Below are positions 1 through 12,629 of a stretch of 64,000 nucleotides of DNA, piece by piece. Under the pieces are notes generated by a model, which saw nothing but the letters and a program-made list of their open reading frames with translations, had not been told where the DNA came from and searched no databases. The stretch covers positions 2,319,817 through 2,383,816 of the forward strand of contig CAVNZM010000013.1 in the NCBI GenBank assembly GCA_963693365.1, written 5' to 3'. Position 1 is the first letter of the stretch. Each line of letters starts with the position of its first letter. A program made the position numbers and the translations under genes. The DNA comes from Amoebidium appalachense (taxonomy: Eukaryota > Protista > Ichthyosporea).

Positions 1-4
1 ATGG

Positions 5-30
5 GAATTTGGCGCGCAAATTCAGCCAAT
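5..30 (+). promoter_or_regulatory. Putative EB1 promoter: E2F-like site (TTTGGCGC) inside a GAATTTG/CAAATTC palindrome, followed by a CCAAT box
   Basis: TTTGGCGC at 8-15 fits the E2F consensus TTTSSCGC; CCAAT at 26-30; about 140 bp upstream of the ATG. Confidence 0.4.
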
Positions 31-170
31 GGGAGTGAGCGCTGTGGAATTTGGCCGCATACCAGCCACGGCCCCGTTCCATTTCTTGCACAGAAACTCC
101 CAAAGTTCCGTTTGTTCCTCGCGTGAAACCCTCTTACAAAAGACTCTCTCAGTTTTAAGCACACAGCATC

Positions 171-1125
171 ATGACGGCGACTAACGTGTTCATTGCGCCC
201 AACGCCACGGTGACGCTCAGCCGCCACGAGCTGCTGGCGTGGGTCAACGGCTACACGGGCCACAACGTCACAAAGGTCGAGGACCTGAGTGCAGGTAGAC
301 AGAGATATCCCCCCTCCCCTCTCTCCTCCCCCCTCACGCGCCTCCTCCCCCTCCCTCCCCTCCCCCTCTCCTCCTAGTACCCTCCCCCCTTCACCCCACC
401 ACCACCACCGCCTATAATAAGCAAACACACACGCGCGCACTCACGAACAAGCACACACACACATGCGTTCACACCAACTTACAAACACGTCGGCCTCTCC
501 GGCTTCTCCTGGGATTATACATACCCTACCATATTTTCCCTTGCAAGAGCGATTAGACACGACTCAGCTTAAACAGCTGTGTAAAGGCCGTTCTGTGCTT
601 TATCTCTTGTGAGGGGAGCTGCAGCACACACACACTCGGAGACGAAAATGCCCCCACAAACACACCTATGAATTCCTCCTAGAAACACACCTATGAATTC
701 CTCCAAAAATTGCAGACCGATAAGTGCATCACATACACATACACCTACACAGCTGCACGCACCATCACTGCTCACCATAACAAGCCCCTCCCCCTTCACC
801 CATCTTTACACCCTCATACACACCCATTGCCACCCAGCCAGCAACATATTCACACATCCTCATGCGCACGCCAACATCCATACATACACAAGCACGCGGA
901 GAAGCTGAGACACACGGGCACACACACACACACACACACACACATGCACACTCACGCACACGTACATGAAGACAGTGGAGACGCGCCTACTCAGCAGAAA
1001 ATCAAACTCAAACACACATCCAACCCACCTACCCACACACACGAACAGACGTGTGTGAGTACCTGCCCAACCCCAGACAAAGATACGTTGTGATCACACA
1101 CACACACACGCACACGCACACACAG

Positions 1126-1185
<60 letters not shown>

Positions 1186-1265
1186 ATGTGCACACACAAC
1201 CATACACACAACCACACACTCACACAAAGACACAGACACACACGGGCACCTCATAAGTCATCTCG

Positions 1266-1326
<61 letters not shown>

Positions 1327-1581
1327 CAAAGAGGTGTGCGCGTGCTTCGGGCAGATGCTAAGCAGAGCTGCAAGCCTTGTGTGCAGCGACACACACCCAA
1401 GCACACACCCGCTCCCCTCTTGAAACCCCTCCTCGTCCCCCCCTCCCCCTCCCTTGCGCCCGGCCCCCGCCACACACACAGACCTATGCATAATCCCCTG
1501 TGCACCCTGTGTCTTCTACCTGCAGCTACCGCCTCAGGCTCTTGCGGTGGTTTGCTTGATAATCCCCTCCCCTCCCCCCCC

Positions 1582-1612
<31 letters not shown>

Positions 1613-4182
1613 CCCCCCCCCCCCCTCTCCCCCCCCCCCCCCGACCCCGCCTGAATATGGGTATTGCTTATGATGCACGCCCTTGGTGTGTGCCTTGTAA
1701 TAGCTTTATTGTGTTGTCCGTCGCGAATGTTTACTTGGTATCTGTAGCACTTTCTACCCCCTCCCTCCCCCCCCCCCCCCCCCCTCTCCCCCCCCTTTCC
1801 CCCCTTCCTCCCTGCCTCCCTTCCCCTCCCTCCCTGCACCTGGTACATGGATGTTGTGCCATCCATCTTCCATGCATCATCTGTGCTACATTTTGATATC
1901 TATGCACTTCACCCCTCTGACACTGCTCCCTCCCTCTGCAGGGTCCGCCTACTGTGTGATGTTTAACGTGCTGTTTCCAGGTACCTGCTCCCCCCCCCCC
2001 CCCCCCCCCCCCCCCTCCGGGAGGCTGCCTCCGACTAACGCCTAACTGCTGTTTTCTTCCCTTGGCCACCACTTCCTTATTAGCTGTTTACCCGTAACTT
2101 CCCTCTATTGCTGCGTATGCGGTGTATATTCCTACCGTGTGTCCGCCATGTTGCACGGCCAGAGCACCAGACCCTTGCAACCCCCTTGCTTCTTCACATG
2201 CCAGCCAGTATTGGACCCTGCGGGCTGGTGATTGGTTGCTAGGGTCTCTTGTTATGTGCTAGATGCTGATTGGTTTCCAGGGTCTGTTGCTATGGGCAAG
2301 ATCAAGATCAACACCAAGCTGGAACATGAGAAGTTGGCAAACCTCAAGGCACTGCAGCTGGCTTTCTCAAAACACAAAGTCGACAAGGTAAGAAGGGGGG
2401 AGGGGGAGGGGGGGGGGGGGGGGGGAGGGGAGGGGAGGGGGGGAGGGGGGGAGATGGAGGTAGAGGGATAGGTTGAAGGGAGGGAAGGGGGAGAGGAGGT
2501 GGGAAAGGGATGGAGGAGGTAAGCGAGTAAGGGCACTCACAGAACACAAGGTTTACAAGGTAGGTGGGAGAGGAGATGTGGGGGGGGGGGGGGGGGGGGG
2601 GGGGATGGGGAGAAGGGGGGGGAGGGGAAGGGAAGGGATGTGGGATGAGGGTGGGAAGGGAGGGAGGGGAAGAGGAGGTGGGAAAGGGATGGGGGAGGTA
2701 AGACAAACAGAATTTGGGGAGGGAGGGGGTGGGGGTTGGTGTGTGTGTGTGTTTGGGCGGGGGGGGAGGGAATGGAGAGAGAGGATGGGAAGGGATTGGG
2801 GATGAGGGAGAGGGTGGGAAGACAGGGGAGGGGGGAGAGAAGGTGGGAAAGGAATGGGGGAGGTAAGGGAATAAGGGCATTTCACAAAATATAAGGTCGA
2901 CAAGATGGGTGAGAAGGGAGGGGGGGGGGGGGGGAGGGGGGGGAGACGGGGGGGAGGGGGGAGGGAGGGTTATGGGAAGGGATGGGGATGAGGGAGAGGG
3001 TGGGAAGGATGGGGGGGGGGGGGGGGGGGGGGGGGGGTGGGTGGGAAGGGAGGGAGATTGGGAGAGGGTGGGGTGGAGGAGAGAATGTGGGAAGGGATTG
3101 GGGGAAGGAGAGGCGGGAAGAAAAATGGGTGAGAAAGTGGGTGGGAAGAGGAGGGAGTGTTTGGAGAGTGTGTGGGAAGGGAGTAGGGGAGGTTAGGTGG
3201 CACAAGTGCTTGAAGGGTATCGTGGTAGAGGGCTTTTGATTAACCAGAGAGAGTGGATGGCTTTTTTATTCTTTTTTTTTTGTTTTTTTCTTTTTTGGGT
3301 GGTGGTGGTGGTGGTGGTGGTGGTGGGGGGGGGGGGGGGGGGGGGGGGGGGTGGTTGGAGGAGGGGGGGGGGGGGTGAAGAGAGGGGGGTGGGGGGTGGG
3401 GGGGGAGGCAGGTGGGAAGGGGGGAGGGAGGGGTAGGCGGGGGAGGGGGGGGGAGGGGGGGGGGGGGGGGAGGGGGCGGGTGGGGTGGGTTGGAGGGGGG
3501 CTGGGGGGGTTCAGGAGGCAGTGCAGCGAGCAAGAGGGTAATTGTGTGTGTTTTTGGCTTGTACGGTCCACCACAAAACAATGACATACCAAGAACCCCC
3601 CCTCCCCCCCCCTCCCCACCTCAGAAGTCGATACTCACATCCAGTCAATGACTTGGGCCCCCCCTGAAGATAGGCTCAGCCTATGTTGTGTTCTACGTAT
3701 TGCTGATGCTGCATGTTTGCTTTTGCATGCCGCTACACATTCTGTGTCCTGCACCGTGTTTCCTGTCGTGTATTCGTGCTTCATACCTTAGTACCCATTC
3801 TAACCACCCTCCCCCTCCCTCCCTCCCCCCCCCCCCCCCCCCCCCCTCTCTCTCTCCCTCTCTCTCCCCCCTTCCCCCCGCCACCTCTCCCTCCCTCCCC
3901 CCCCCCCCTCCCCCCTCCCCTTCCCCCGCCTCCCCTCTTGCCTCAGAACATTCCCATTGACCGGCTAGTCAAGGGGCGGTTCCAAGACAACTTCGAGTTT
4001 CTCCAGTGGTTCAAAGTCTTCTTCGATGCAAACTACAGCGGCCAGGACCCACCCTCTGTCCCTGTGTCTGCGCCCACACCTCAGAAGGCTCCTGCCGCCG
4101 CTGCTTCCTCTGTGAGGGCACGTACTGTCACTACACCCCAACGAACAGGTGGATGAGGGTGTGGGTGGGTGGGTGTGGGTGT

Positions 4183-4213
<31 letters not shown>

Positions 4214-5092
4214 GGGGGGGGGTAAGGGGGGGGGTGGGGGGGGGGGGGGGGGGAGGGTGTGTGTGTGTGTTGGGGGGGGGGGGGGGGGGGGGGGGGAAGG
4301 GTGTGTGTGTGTGGGGGGGGGGTTGTTGGGGTGTGTGTGTGGGGGGGGGGGGGGGGGGGGGGGGTGGTTAGGCGGGATGGTGGGTGGGGAGCGGGATGGG
4401 AGGGGAGGGCGGGTATGGGTGGAGGTGGGGGAGGGGGGGGGGGGAGGGGGGGAGGGAGGGTATGTGAGTATGGGTGGGTGGATCGGTGTGTGTGTGTTGG
4501 GTGGAGGGAGGGGGGGTAAAGGGGGGGATTGGGGGGGAAGGGTTAGGTGTGTGTTGGTGGGCGGGTGGGTGGGTGGGAATGTGTTGGTGGGTAGTTGGGG
4601 GGATGGGGGTGCATGTGTTTTTGTTGTTTTGTGGGGGGGGGGGGGGGGGGGGGAAGGGGGGGGGGTAGGTGTGTGTGTGGGTGTGTGTGTGGGTGTGTGG
4701 GTGGGTGGGTGGATGGGACATTTTGGGTTGCCGGAGGAGGGAGGGAGGGAGGGAGAGGGGGGGAGGGGTAGGGATGATAGCAACAGGACATTGACACGTT
4801 GTTGGGTCAGGCACGGCTGCAAGCAGGGCGGCACCGGCAGCACGGGCAGCATCCCCGACAAAGGTGGGGGATGGTGTGCCCTAGATGTGGGTGTGCGTGT
4901 GTCTGCAGTATGCCCTTGTCCTCGTATCTTTACACCATTTTTCTCCCTGTCCCTCTCTCTCTCTCTCTCTCTCTCTCTCCCCCCCCCCCCCCCCCCCCCC
5001 CCCTGCTGCTTTTGAAAAACACTGGTTCACGTGTATTAACTGCATACACACACGCATATGTACACACGTGGACACACGTACACACACACACA

Positions 5093-5167
<75 letters not shown>

Positions 5168-6240
5168 GGCTGACTGCCTTTTTCCATCGCAGGCTGCACC
5201 CACACGTGCCACAGGGGCCACCCACAGTGCGCCTGCACCAAGGCACGACAACAGTGCGGAGCTGGAGGCACTGAAGAAGCAGGTGGGGGCAGATAGAGGG
5301 CACAGGCACACGGACACACAGCCACACAGCCACACAGCCACACAAAAGGGTGGGGCACACACAGTCACACGACACACACATGGGCAGAGGCAACCCATGC
5401 ACACAGGCACCAGGCACGCAGACACACACATGGGCAGAGGCAACCCATGCACGCAGGCACCAGGCACGCAGACACACATGGGCAGAGGCAACCCATGCAC
5501 ACAGGCACCAGGCACGCAGACGCACACATGGGCAGAGGCAACCCATGCACACAGGCACCAGGCACGCAGACACACACATGGGCAGAGGCAACCCATGCAC
5601 ACAGGCACCAGGCATGCAGACACACAGGTACACAGGCACACACATGGGCAGAGGGCACACAGACAAACAGGCGCACAGGCACACAGGCACATACACATAC
5701 ACACACACACACACACAGACACACGAGTAAAGTCGCACACAGGCACACAGACACACAGGCACACAGACACACACATGGGTAGAGTTGCATACGGGCACCT
5801 GTGCCCACAGGCACAGGCAAACAGACACACACATGGGTAGAGTCGCACACAGGCACATATGCGCCCAGGCACACACATGGACAGGGGGCACGCATGCATA
5901 CACATAGACAGGGGGCACGCATGCACACACATGGACAGGGGGCATGCATGCGCCTATGCACACGCGTGGGCACAGGGCACACACCAAGCCATGGTTTGGA
6001 TGCCAGGACACGTACACGTGTTTGTGGGCACGCATGGTACATGCCGGGGCTTATGTGCATGCATACGTGGGAGCATGCACGTGCGCACACACACACCTGC
6101 ATAACCACAGGTGCACACACACACCTACCCCCCCCCCCCCCCAAATGCACATGCCTACTCCCCCCTCCCCCCCCCCACACACACACACCTGCCCCCCCCC
6201 CCCTCCTCCCCTCCCCTCCCCCCCCCCCTCCCCCACACAT

Positions 6241-6271
<31 letters not shown>

Positions 6272-6607
6272 GGTTGCCGAGCTCACAGTGAGTGCCGAGG
6301 CGCTTGAGAAGGAGCGAGACTTTTACTTCCACAAACTGCTGGAGGTAGAAACCATCTGCCAGGAGGATGGGGTCAGGGATATGGCTGCCGTCAAGAGGAT
6401 CCTGGACATCCTCTATGCCAACGACGTACGTGCTTGAAACATGCAGGCACAGCCACATGCATGCACGTGCAGCCAGATGCACACACATACGCACATGTGC
6501 ACAGCTACATGCACAAGGATGCACACATGTGCGCAGGCACAGGCGCACACGTGCAGGCAGATACACACGTACGCACACGTGTACAGCGACATGCACGTAG
6601 ATGTACA

Positions 6608-6653
<46 letters not shown>

Positions 6654-7437
6654 CACATGCAGGCAGATGCACACGGCGCACACACGTGCACAGCCACATG
6701 TACAGAAGTTCATTCACACCTCCCCACTTGCACAGCCACCTGCCCATTATGCACACACATGTACACGCAGGTTGCACGGCCACATACACAGGAATACACA
6801 AACATGCACAGCCACATACACAGGAATACACAAACTTGCACAGCCACATACACAGGAATACACAAACATCCACAGCCACATACACAGGAATACACAAACA
6901 TGCACAGCCACATGTACATGAATGCACAAACATGCACAGCCACATGTACATGAATGCACACACATGTACATACCCATGCACAGCCACATGTGCACACCGA
7001 TACAGACATGTGCGCACATTTGCACAGCCACGTACATATGGATGAAGACAGGTACACCCATGTGCACAGCCACATGCACACACACGTACACAGATACACA
7101 GCTACATGTGCATGGATTTACATACAGGTACATGCACATCGAACATCTCCGTACACGCACATGAGAATGACACAAACACAGATGCAGTCACATGCACACG
7201 CACACACACACACACCCATACACAGGCACACACACAAAACACACAATCATTTACGTAACTAGGATCGTGATTGGATGAATCATGAACACGGACTATTTCT
7301 ATCGGTTGATCATACGCACACATACACCCACCCACCCACCCACCCACCCACACATACACACACACACGCGCGCGCGCGCACACACGCACACGTACACGTA
7401 CACGCACACACACACAGGCACACACGCACACGCACAC

Positions 7438-7507
<70 letters not shown>

Positions 7508-7620
7508 CACACACACACACACACACACAGGAGGGCGAGGGTGCCCCTGCTGCAGCCGAAGAGGTTGCAGCTGCTGCGCCGGTGGCCGATGCCTTGCTTG
7601 ATGATGACGAGACATACTAG
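171..7620 (+). CDS. MAPRE1: Microtubule plus-end binding protein EB1 (RP/EB family), 8 exons
   Basis: GT-AG exons with consistent phases: 171-294, 1942-1980, 2281-2387, 3947-4148, 4811-4863, 5193-5282, 6273-6425, 7531-7620. CH domain ([37 protein letters not shown]), Ala/Pro linker, EBH domain ([19 protein letters not shown]) and an acidic-aromatic tail DDDETY*. Confidence 0.96.
5372..5625 (+). repeat. ~50-bp minisatellite, 5 units, EB1 intron 6
   Basis: Unit CACACACATGGGCAGAGGCAACCCATGCACACAGGCACCAGGCACGCAGA with an internal CATGGG/CCCATG inverted repeat; the duplicate has 7 units (~24848-25200). Confidence 0.9.
6778..6960 (+). repeat. ~32-bp minisatellite, EB1 intron 7
   Basis: Tandem CAGCCACATACACAGGAATACACAAACATGCA-like units; absent from copy 2. 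Confidence 0.8.
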
Positions 7621-7639
7621 ATAGTCGGGGGTGGGATAG

Positions 7640-7700
7640 TTTGCGCAAATTCGATAATAGTTCTGTGGGTTTGCGCAAATTCGATGCGCAAATTCGATAA
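7640..7700. repeat. Three TGCGCAAATTCGAT units just after the EB1 stop codon
   Basis: Directly visible; also present in the duplicate at ~26223-26283. Confidence 0.7.
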
Positions 7701-8073
7701 TAATGTTTTTTTCTTTTGACTGGATTTATTCGGCGGAAAGATATGCAAGTATGCACGGCATACTGAGAAGACAACAAAAACTTCACGAGTTATCCAGTAA
7801 CAAGTGCATACTGAGATACCTGAACACTGTGTGAAATCATATAAATTCTCAATGTGACGACCAACAGAATTCAACAAAAAGTCTAAAGTGTTCACATTGC
7901 CAGCCAATAATAATGTTCTGTGGGGTGGCCTAGATATATCCCAGATATACCTGTTGATGTTGTAGGTTGGATTCCCACGGCTGGGGGCTGGCCCCCTAGA
8001 CGTACCGTGTGTCACGACATGTGATATGAATACACTGCTCTGTACATGTGTGCTTGCCTGATACCCCCCCCCG

Positions 8074-8108
<35 letters not shown>

Positions 8109-8354
8109 CTGAGTAGCAGTCTCACGCTCCAGGTTTCTGGCTCGACTGGTGTTTTCCTTCTTTTTTTTTCGCCCGCCTCTTGTCACAGTCTGTTTTAAAA
8201 GCAGCTGCCCGTGTATGTGACCATACACAGGGTCAGTTCCTTCAACTTGAGAGGGAGGGAGAGTTGCCCGTGTTACATGGAAAGAGCTCCTCGTATACGT
8301 ACTGAGCACTGTTGTGTGCATAATTCCCACATGCTGGCCCGTGTTAGATTAAAC

Positions 8355-10037
8355 CAAGGCCTCCTAAATAGCACACCGGGCCGAGGCACGAGGTCGTCAC
8401 ATATGAGAAGTGACGTCATTAAGAGTAGGGTTAGCTTCGAGCCGAATCCAGCGAAATGATTGGCCAACTGAGGAACGCGCGAAACCCAGTAAAGGCGATT
8501 TCGATTGGATAGAAGATTTTTGACTGCCATTTAGGGATTGGACAATACAGCAAATGGCGGGCTTTTGGTGTTCTTTGTATACTCGGGAAATTGTGGGGTA
8601 CCAACATTAAGGATAAGGAAAAACCAACCATATTAGTATCTAGTCTATTTTAATAGCTTTATGAAATAACAAATACGTCAAAGCGCTCATTTATTTAACA
8701 TTTTAATGGTTTATGCCATTTGTTTGGCGCTTAAAATATAATTTAGGGAGTTATGTTAAGGGGCTAAGACTTTAAGTTGACGTAAGTACAATTACTTCAT
8801 CAATCCCCATCGATCTCTCGTTGTGATCTAGGGGGCTGTGTGCCGGCCGCTTGTGTTGCTGCTACACGTGGAAAAGTAACTATTTCTTTGCCACCACTTT
8901 ACGTGAAGCAGTTGTAAATCAGGATAATGCCAAGCTAACGGAAGGTGTGATATTGAACAGGTGCTTGAGTCTGAGCGGCGCATCCGGCTCATCAACCTCT
9001 TCACGTTCCGCCGGGGCACGGGCAAGGCCGTGGGCATCAGCACTCTCAAGCAGGCCGTCAAGTTCAACGAGACTGCCCTGCTGGCCAAGCCTGCCGTGGA
9101 ACTGGACGTTCTGCTGCAGCCCTTCTCCAGCATTGGCGCTCTGTTGGCTGCCATCACCGTCCCCAACAAGAGCGTGGTCGTCTTTCTCGCCGGCTACGTC
9201 TGCTTCAAGACGGGGCGGGGCTGCAGCTGCAAGCAGTGCCGTGGGCGCTTGTTCAGCAGCCGCCGCCTGGTGGTGGAGATCCCAGCCAGCGTCAGAGCCC
9301 AGCTTGGGCCGGACGTCATCGACACGTCATACCTGGAGGCCATCGACCGTGAGGGGCTTTCTACTCCCTCCTACGCGGCCTATGTGGTCGCGGAGACCAC
9401 TGTGCGCGTGATGGAGTGCCTCACCAGCAAGGAGCTGGAGGGCAAGTTTCTGCATGCCGGCTCCCACCGCCTGCTGGTTCGCACGCTCGCGGTTCAGCAC
9501 GCCAAGAGCCGGCCGGAGACAGAGACAATTCGAGGCATTACTTGTGAGGAGTGCGAGGAGGACACGGCGCAGTACCTCGACGGCATCGCCATGAGAATGA
9601 CCAACATTTTGCTCAACAACTACACCAAGGAACGCAACGCGAAAAAGAAAACACCAACCAACAAGCCAAACCGGCAAACCAAGAAATACGAGGGTGCATC
9701 AACCGGTTTATTGGCGGCGCACGCCCGAACCACACGGCCCCAGCGCCAGCGACGACGTGGAGGCTGTGCTCGAGGAGGAGGACTTCGACGTTTTCTCGTT
9801 TTTGAACGACGACGCACTGGGTGCGTTGTGTGAGACTTAGGCAGTTATAGGCAGTGATGATTGCGTCTGGTAGTTTAGCGTAATGTTTGCACAAGTTTTG
9901 CACTAAAATTAGTCTGATGTAGGAGACCCCGGAGGGGCACGTAAGATTTCAGTTTTCGATCACCCTACTCTTTACACGTAATCTGGAGTATTAGTCTATT
10001 GCGTGCCTCGGCCCGGTGTGCTATTTAGGAGGCCTTG
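8355..10037 (+). mobile_element. Non-autonomous, internally deleted P-element-superfamily DNA transposon, 1683 bp
   Basis: Perfect 36-bp TIRs CAAGGCCTCCTAAATAGCACACCGGGCCGAGGCACG (8355-8390, 10002-10037); 8-bp TSD GATTAAAC (8347-8354, 10038-10045); subterminal IR AAGAGTAGGGT/ACCCTACTCTT; empty site in the duplicate at 26940-26947. Confidence 0.93.
8961..9840 (+). pseudogene. Last exon of a P-element/THAP9-like transposase (C-terminal domain only)
   Basis: Starts at a splice acceptor (AACAG|GTG). Motifs VLESERRIR, FLAGYV..CSCKQC, IDREGLSTPS and CEEC match the P transposase C-terminus. No catalytic exons are present, and a frameshift near 9700 probably displaces an acidic tail (DDVEAVLEEEDFD). 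Confidence 0.75.
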
Positions 10038-10446
10038 GATTAAACACGTGGCTGGGCCCTGCTCTGCCCCTGCCATGTGATTTCGGTGTGAGAAACTTTC
10101 CATTTTGGGCTTATCGGAAAGCATCAGCAACCGCTGCGCGTGTTTTGATTGGCTGCCAGCCTGCGCTTGGCTCACTGTCCTGATCACTGCGATCTCAAGC
10201 GAAGCTCGAGGGGAAAAACAAAAAACAAAAGAAAGAAAGAAAACAACTAAAAACCTGAGAGGAAACAAGAGTAGTGGCAAGAGATAGTATAAATTTAAAG
10301 CTACGCTTTCGTGACAGTTCTGTATGGTTTGGCCATTTTTCTTTGGGCACGATCACACGCAATCCAGCGTCCTATGATCCCTTTTTGAACCGACAGGCAG
10401 ACGAGCCCTTTACTCTCTCCACGTGCAGTTCAGTGCATGCACCACC

Positions 10447-11361
10447 ATGGCCGCCCCACCCCCACCCACGCAGATGGCCCCCGTCATGCCGCCCTCCTAC
10501 CACTTCCCCCCTCCCCAGCACCAGAACCAGGGCTACCCACAAGGCTATCCCCAGCAGGTACCTTCCTTCCCCCCCTCCCCCTCCCCACTTGCTCTTTTCG
10601 GACTTCCACACACGCGCGCGCACACATGCCTGTTCTCACCCCTCAACCGCTAAGCCGCCACATCTACTGCGGCACCCGCTTCCTTTTCCCCAGGTGCCTC
10701 TTAGCACCAACTCATTTCCCTCTAAAGTTGGCTTGCACACTGCGATGTGCACTATCCCAACACAGAGTGAGTTGGGCATCATGGCTGTGGACCTCTTGTC
10801 GCTCTGCCTGTCAAGGTTTCAAACGAGCATGAAGACGTAGACACAGGGACGAAGTTGACAGCCAATAGCCTGAATCTACGTTTATGTGCCAAGTAGTTTC
10901 TTTCTGCTTGGATCTGTTTTCTTTCGTTTTCCTCTTCAGCCTGTGTCTTGAGAGCCGAGTCCACGCTTAGACAAGGGCAACATCAGTCCCCTGTCACCAT
11001 CTACTGACATTTACACCACACCTCGTCTGTTCTTCCCCCCTGAGTTTTTGTGCATTGGTCATTTTACGTCTCCCTTTGCCCTCCTACTGTTCTCCTCACG
11101 CTCTTTTCTCTTATTCTCCTGCCTTGGCTCCTTCTTCACCCCCCCCCCCCCCCCCCCCCCCCCCCCCGCCCGCGCCCCGTAAGCGTCCCTCCCACCCGCC
11201 CGAGCGCTTGAGGGTAGCTCTGGCCTCTCTCTCATTATAACCGACCTCGCCTCCTATTCCCTCTTTCCACCTCTCTAACACTCCCTCTGTACGGCCAGGG
11301 CTATGGAGGCACCGGCTATGGGGGGGTCTATCAGCAGCCATATGCATACCAACCCCTGCCG
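10447..11361 (+). pseudogene. Truncated duplicate of TMBIM/Lifeguard exons 1-2
   Basis: Exons 10447-10557 and 11299-11361 match 27460-27570 and 28314-28376 (two amino-acid differences in exon 1); no transmembrane exons follow before the duplication junction. Confidence 0.85.
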
Positions 11362-11732
11362 GTAGGTGTCCTGCGGGGGTGTATGTGTAGGGGGTGGGGG
11401 GGGTGGGGGGGGGGGGGGGGGGGGGGGGAGGAAAGGTCGTGTGAGAGGCTCAGGAGGCTGAGTTGCACGTGCATGAGTGCCTGTCTGCTTGTGCTTGTGG
11501 GGGTGGGGGTGGGGGTGTTTTGGGGCAGGGGGGAGGGGGGCTTTTTTCTTTGGCCCCGGTCGAGGCTTGTTGTTTTGCCCTCTAAAATATGTAGCTCGAG
11601 AGGTGTAAATGTAAGGCCTATGTGTTGCTCAGGGTTATGCTCACACTCAGTCGTTATGATAACACTCGTTGTGTTTAATGACGATATCCCAGAAATGGAC
11701 ATCCCATAAATGGCATAAACTATTCAGTGCGC

Positions 11733-11773
11733 AATCGTAAATACGACGATTTTGAGTCGTAATCCAACCCCTG
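11733..11773 (+). mobile_element. 41-bp right-end fragment of a hAT-like element at the duplication junction
   Basis: AATCGTAAATACGACGATTTT..TCGTAATC..CCCCTG resembles the right end of the hAT MITE at ~57748-57793. Confidence 0.65.
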
Positions 11774-11844
11774 GTGTGTGTGTGTGTGTGTATGTGTGTG
11801 GGGGAGAAGGTGGGAGGGGAAGGGGAGGGGGGACTGGGAGGTGG

Positions 11845-11900
<56 letters not shown>

Positions 11901-12204
11901 ATGTGTTTAGGGGGGGGAGGGGGGGGGGGAGGTGAAGGAAGGGGTATGTGTGTGTGTGTGGGGGGGGGGGGGTAGGTGGGTGGGTGGGTGGGCGGGTGTG
12001 TGTGGTTGTAGTTGTGGTCTTTTAGCTTTGTCTTTGTTTCTATATTCTATGACTAATGCATACATCAAACCCGTCTGTCCCGTCACCCCCCCCCCCCCCC
12101 CCCCCCCCCCCACCCCCACCAACAAAAAGGTAGCAAGCACGGTAAGTATACATGAAGAATAAACGCATGCATGCACGCGCACTCGCCACAGACACAGGCT
12201 CGCG

Positions 12205-12269
<65 letters not shown>

Positions 12270-12517
12270 CGACCAATTTTTGCATTGGGGCGGTAGGGGG
12301 GGAGGGCATGGTTCAATGTTTGGAACGTTTTATCCCGCACCCCCCCGCCCGCACATTTCATGCAAACAAATCACCATGTCTCCATGCACAGACATTTTCA
12401 CATACACACACATGCTCTTTCACTGACTCCCTGTATCTCTCTCCTTCGCTGTTTGTCCCTTCTCCCTCCCCCCCCGCCTCATGTGCACGCTTACACCCAC
12501 CAACACGCAAGTATGCA

Positions 12518-12599
<82 letters not shown>

Positions 12600-12629
12600 G
12601 CACGCACACGCACACACACACACACACAG

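Larger units (their letters stand above)
4236..11732 (+). repeat. Segmental duplication, copy 1 (EB1 intron 4 to TMBIM intron 2)
   Basis: Near-identical to ~23536-28748. Shared sequence ends at ...TATTCAGTGCGC (11732/28748); the left boundary lies in a poly-G run and is approximate. Confidence 0.92.

Noticed and set aside
5372-5625. CRISPR-like array of hairpin-containing repeats
   Set aside because: Units are head-to-tail with no unique spacers, lie in a eukaryotic intron, and there are no cas genes.
7640-7700. U6 snRNA fragment (CGCAAATTCG) as a possible Dada target
   Set aside because: Only a ~10-nt match inside a tandem repeat, with no ACAGAGA box, and far from the Dada element.
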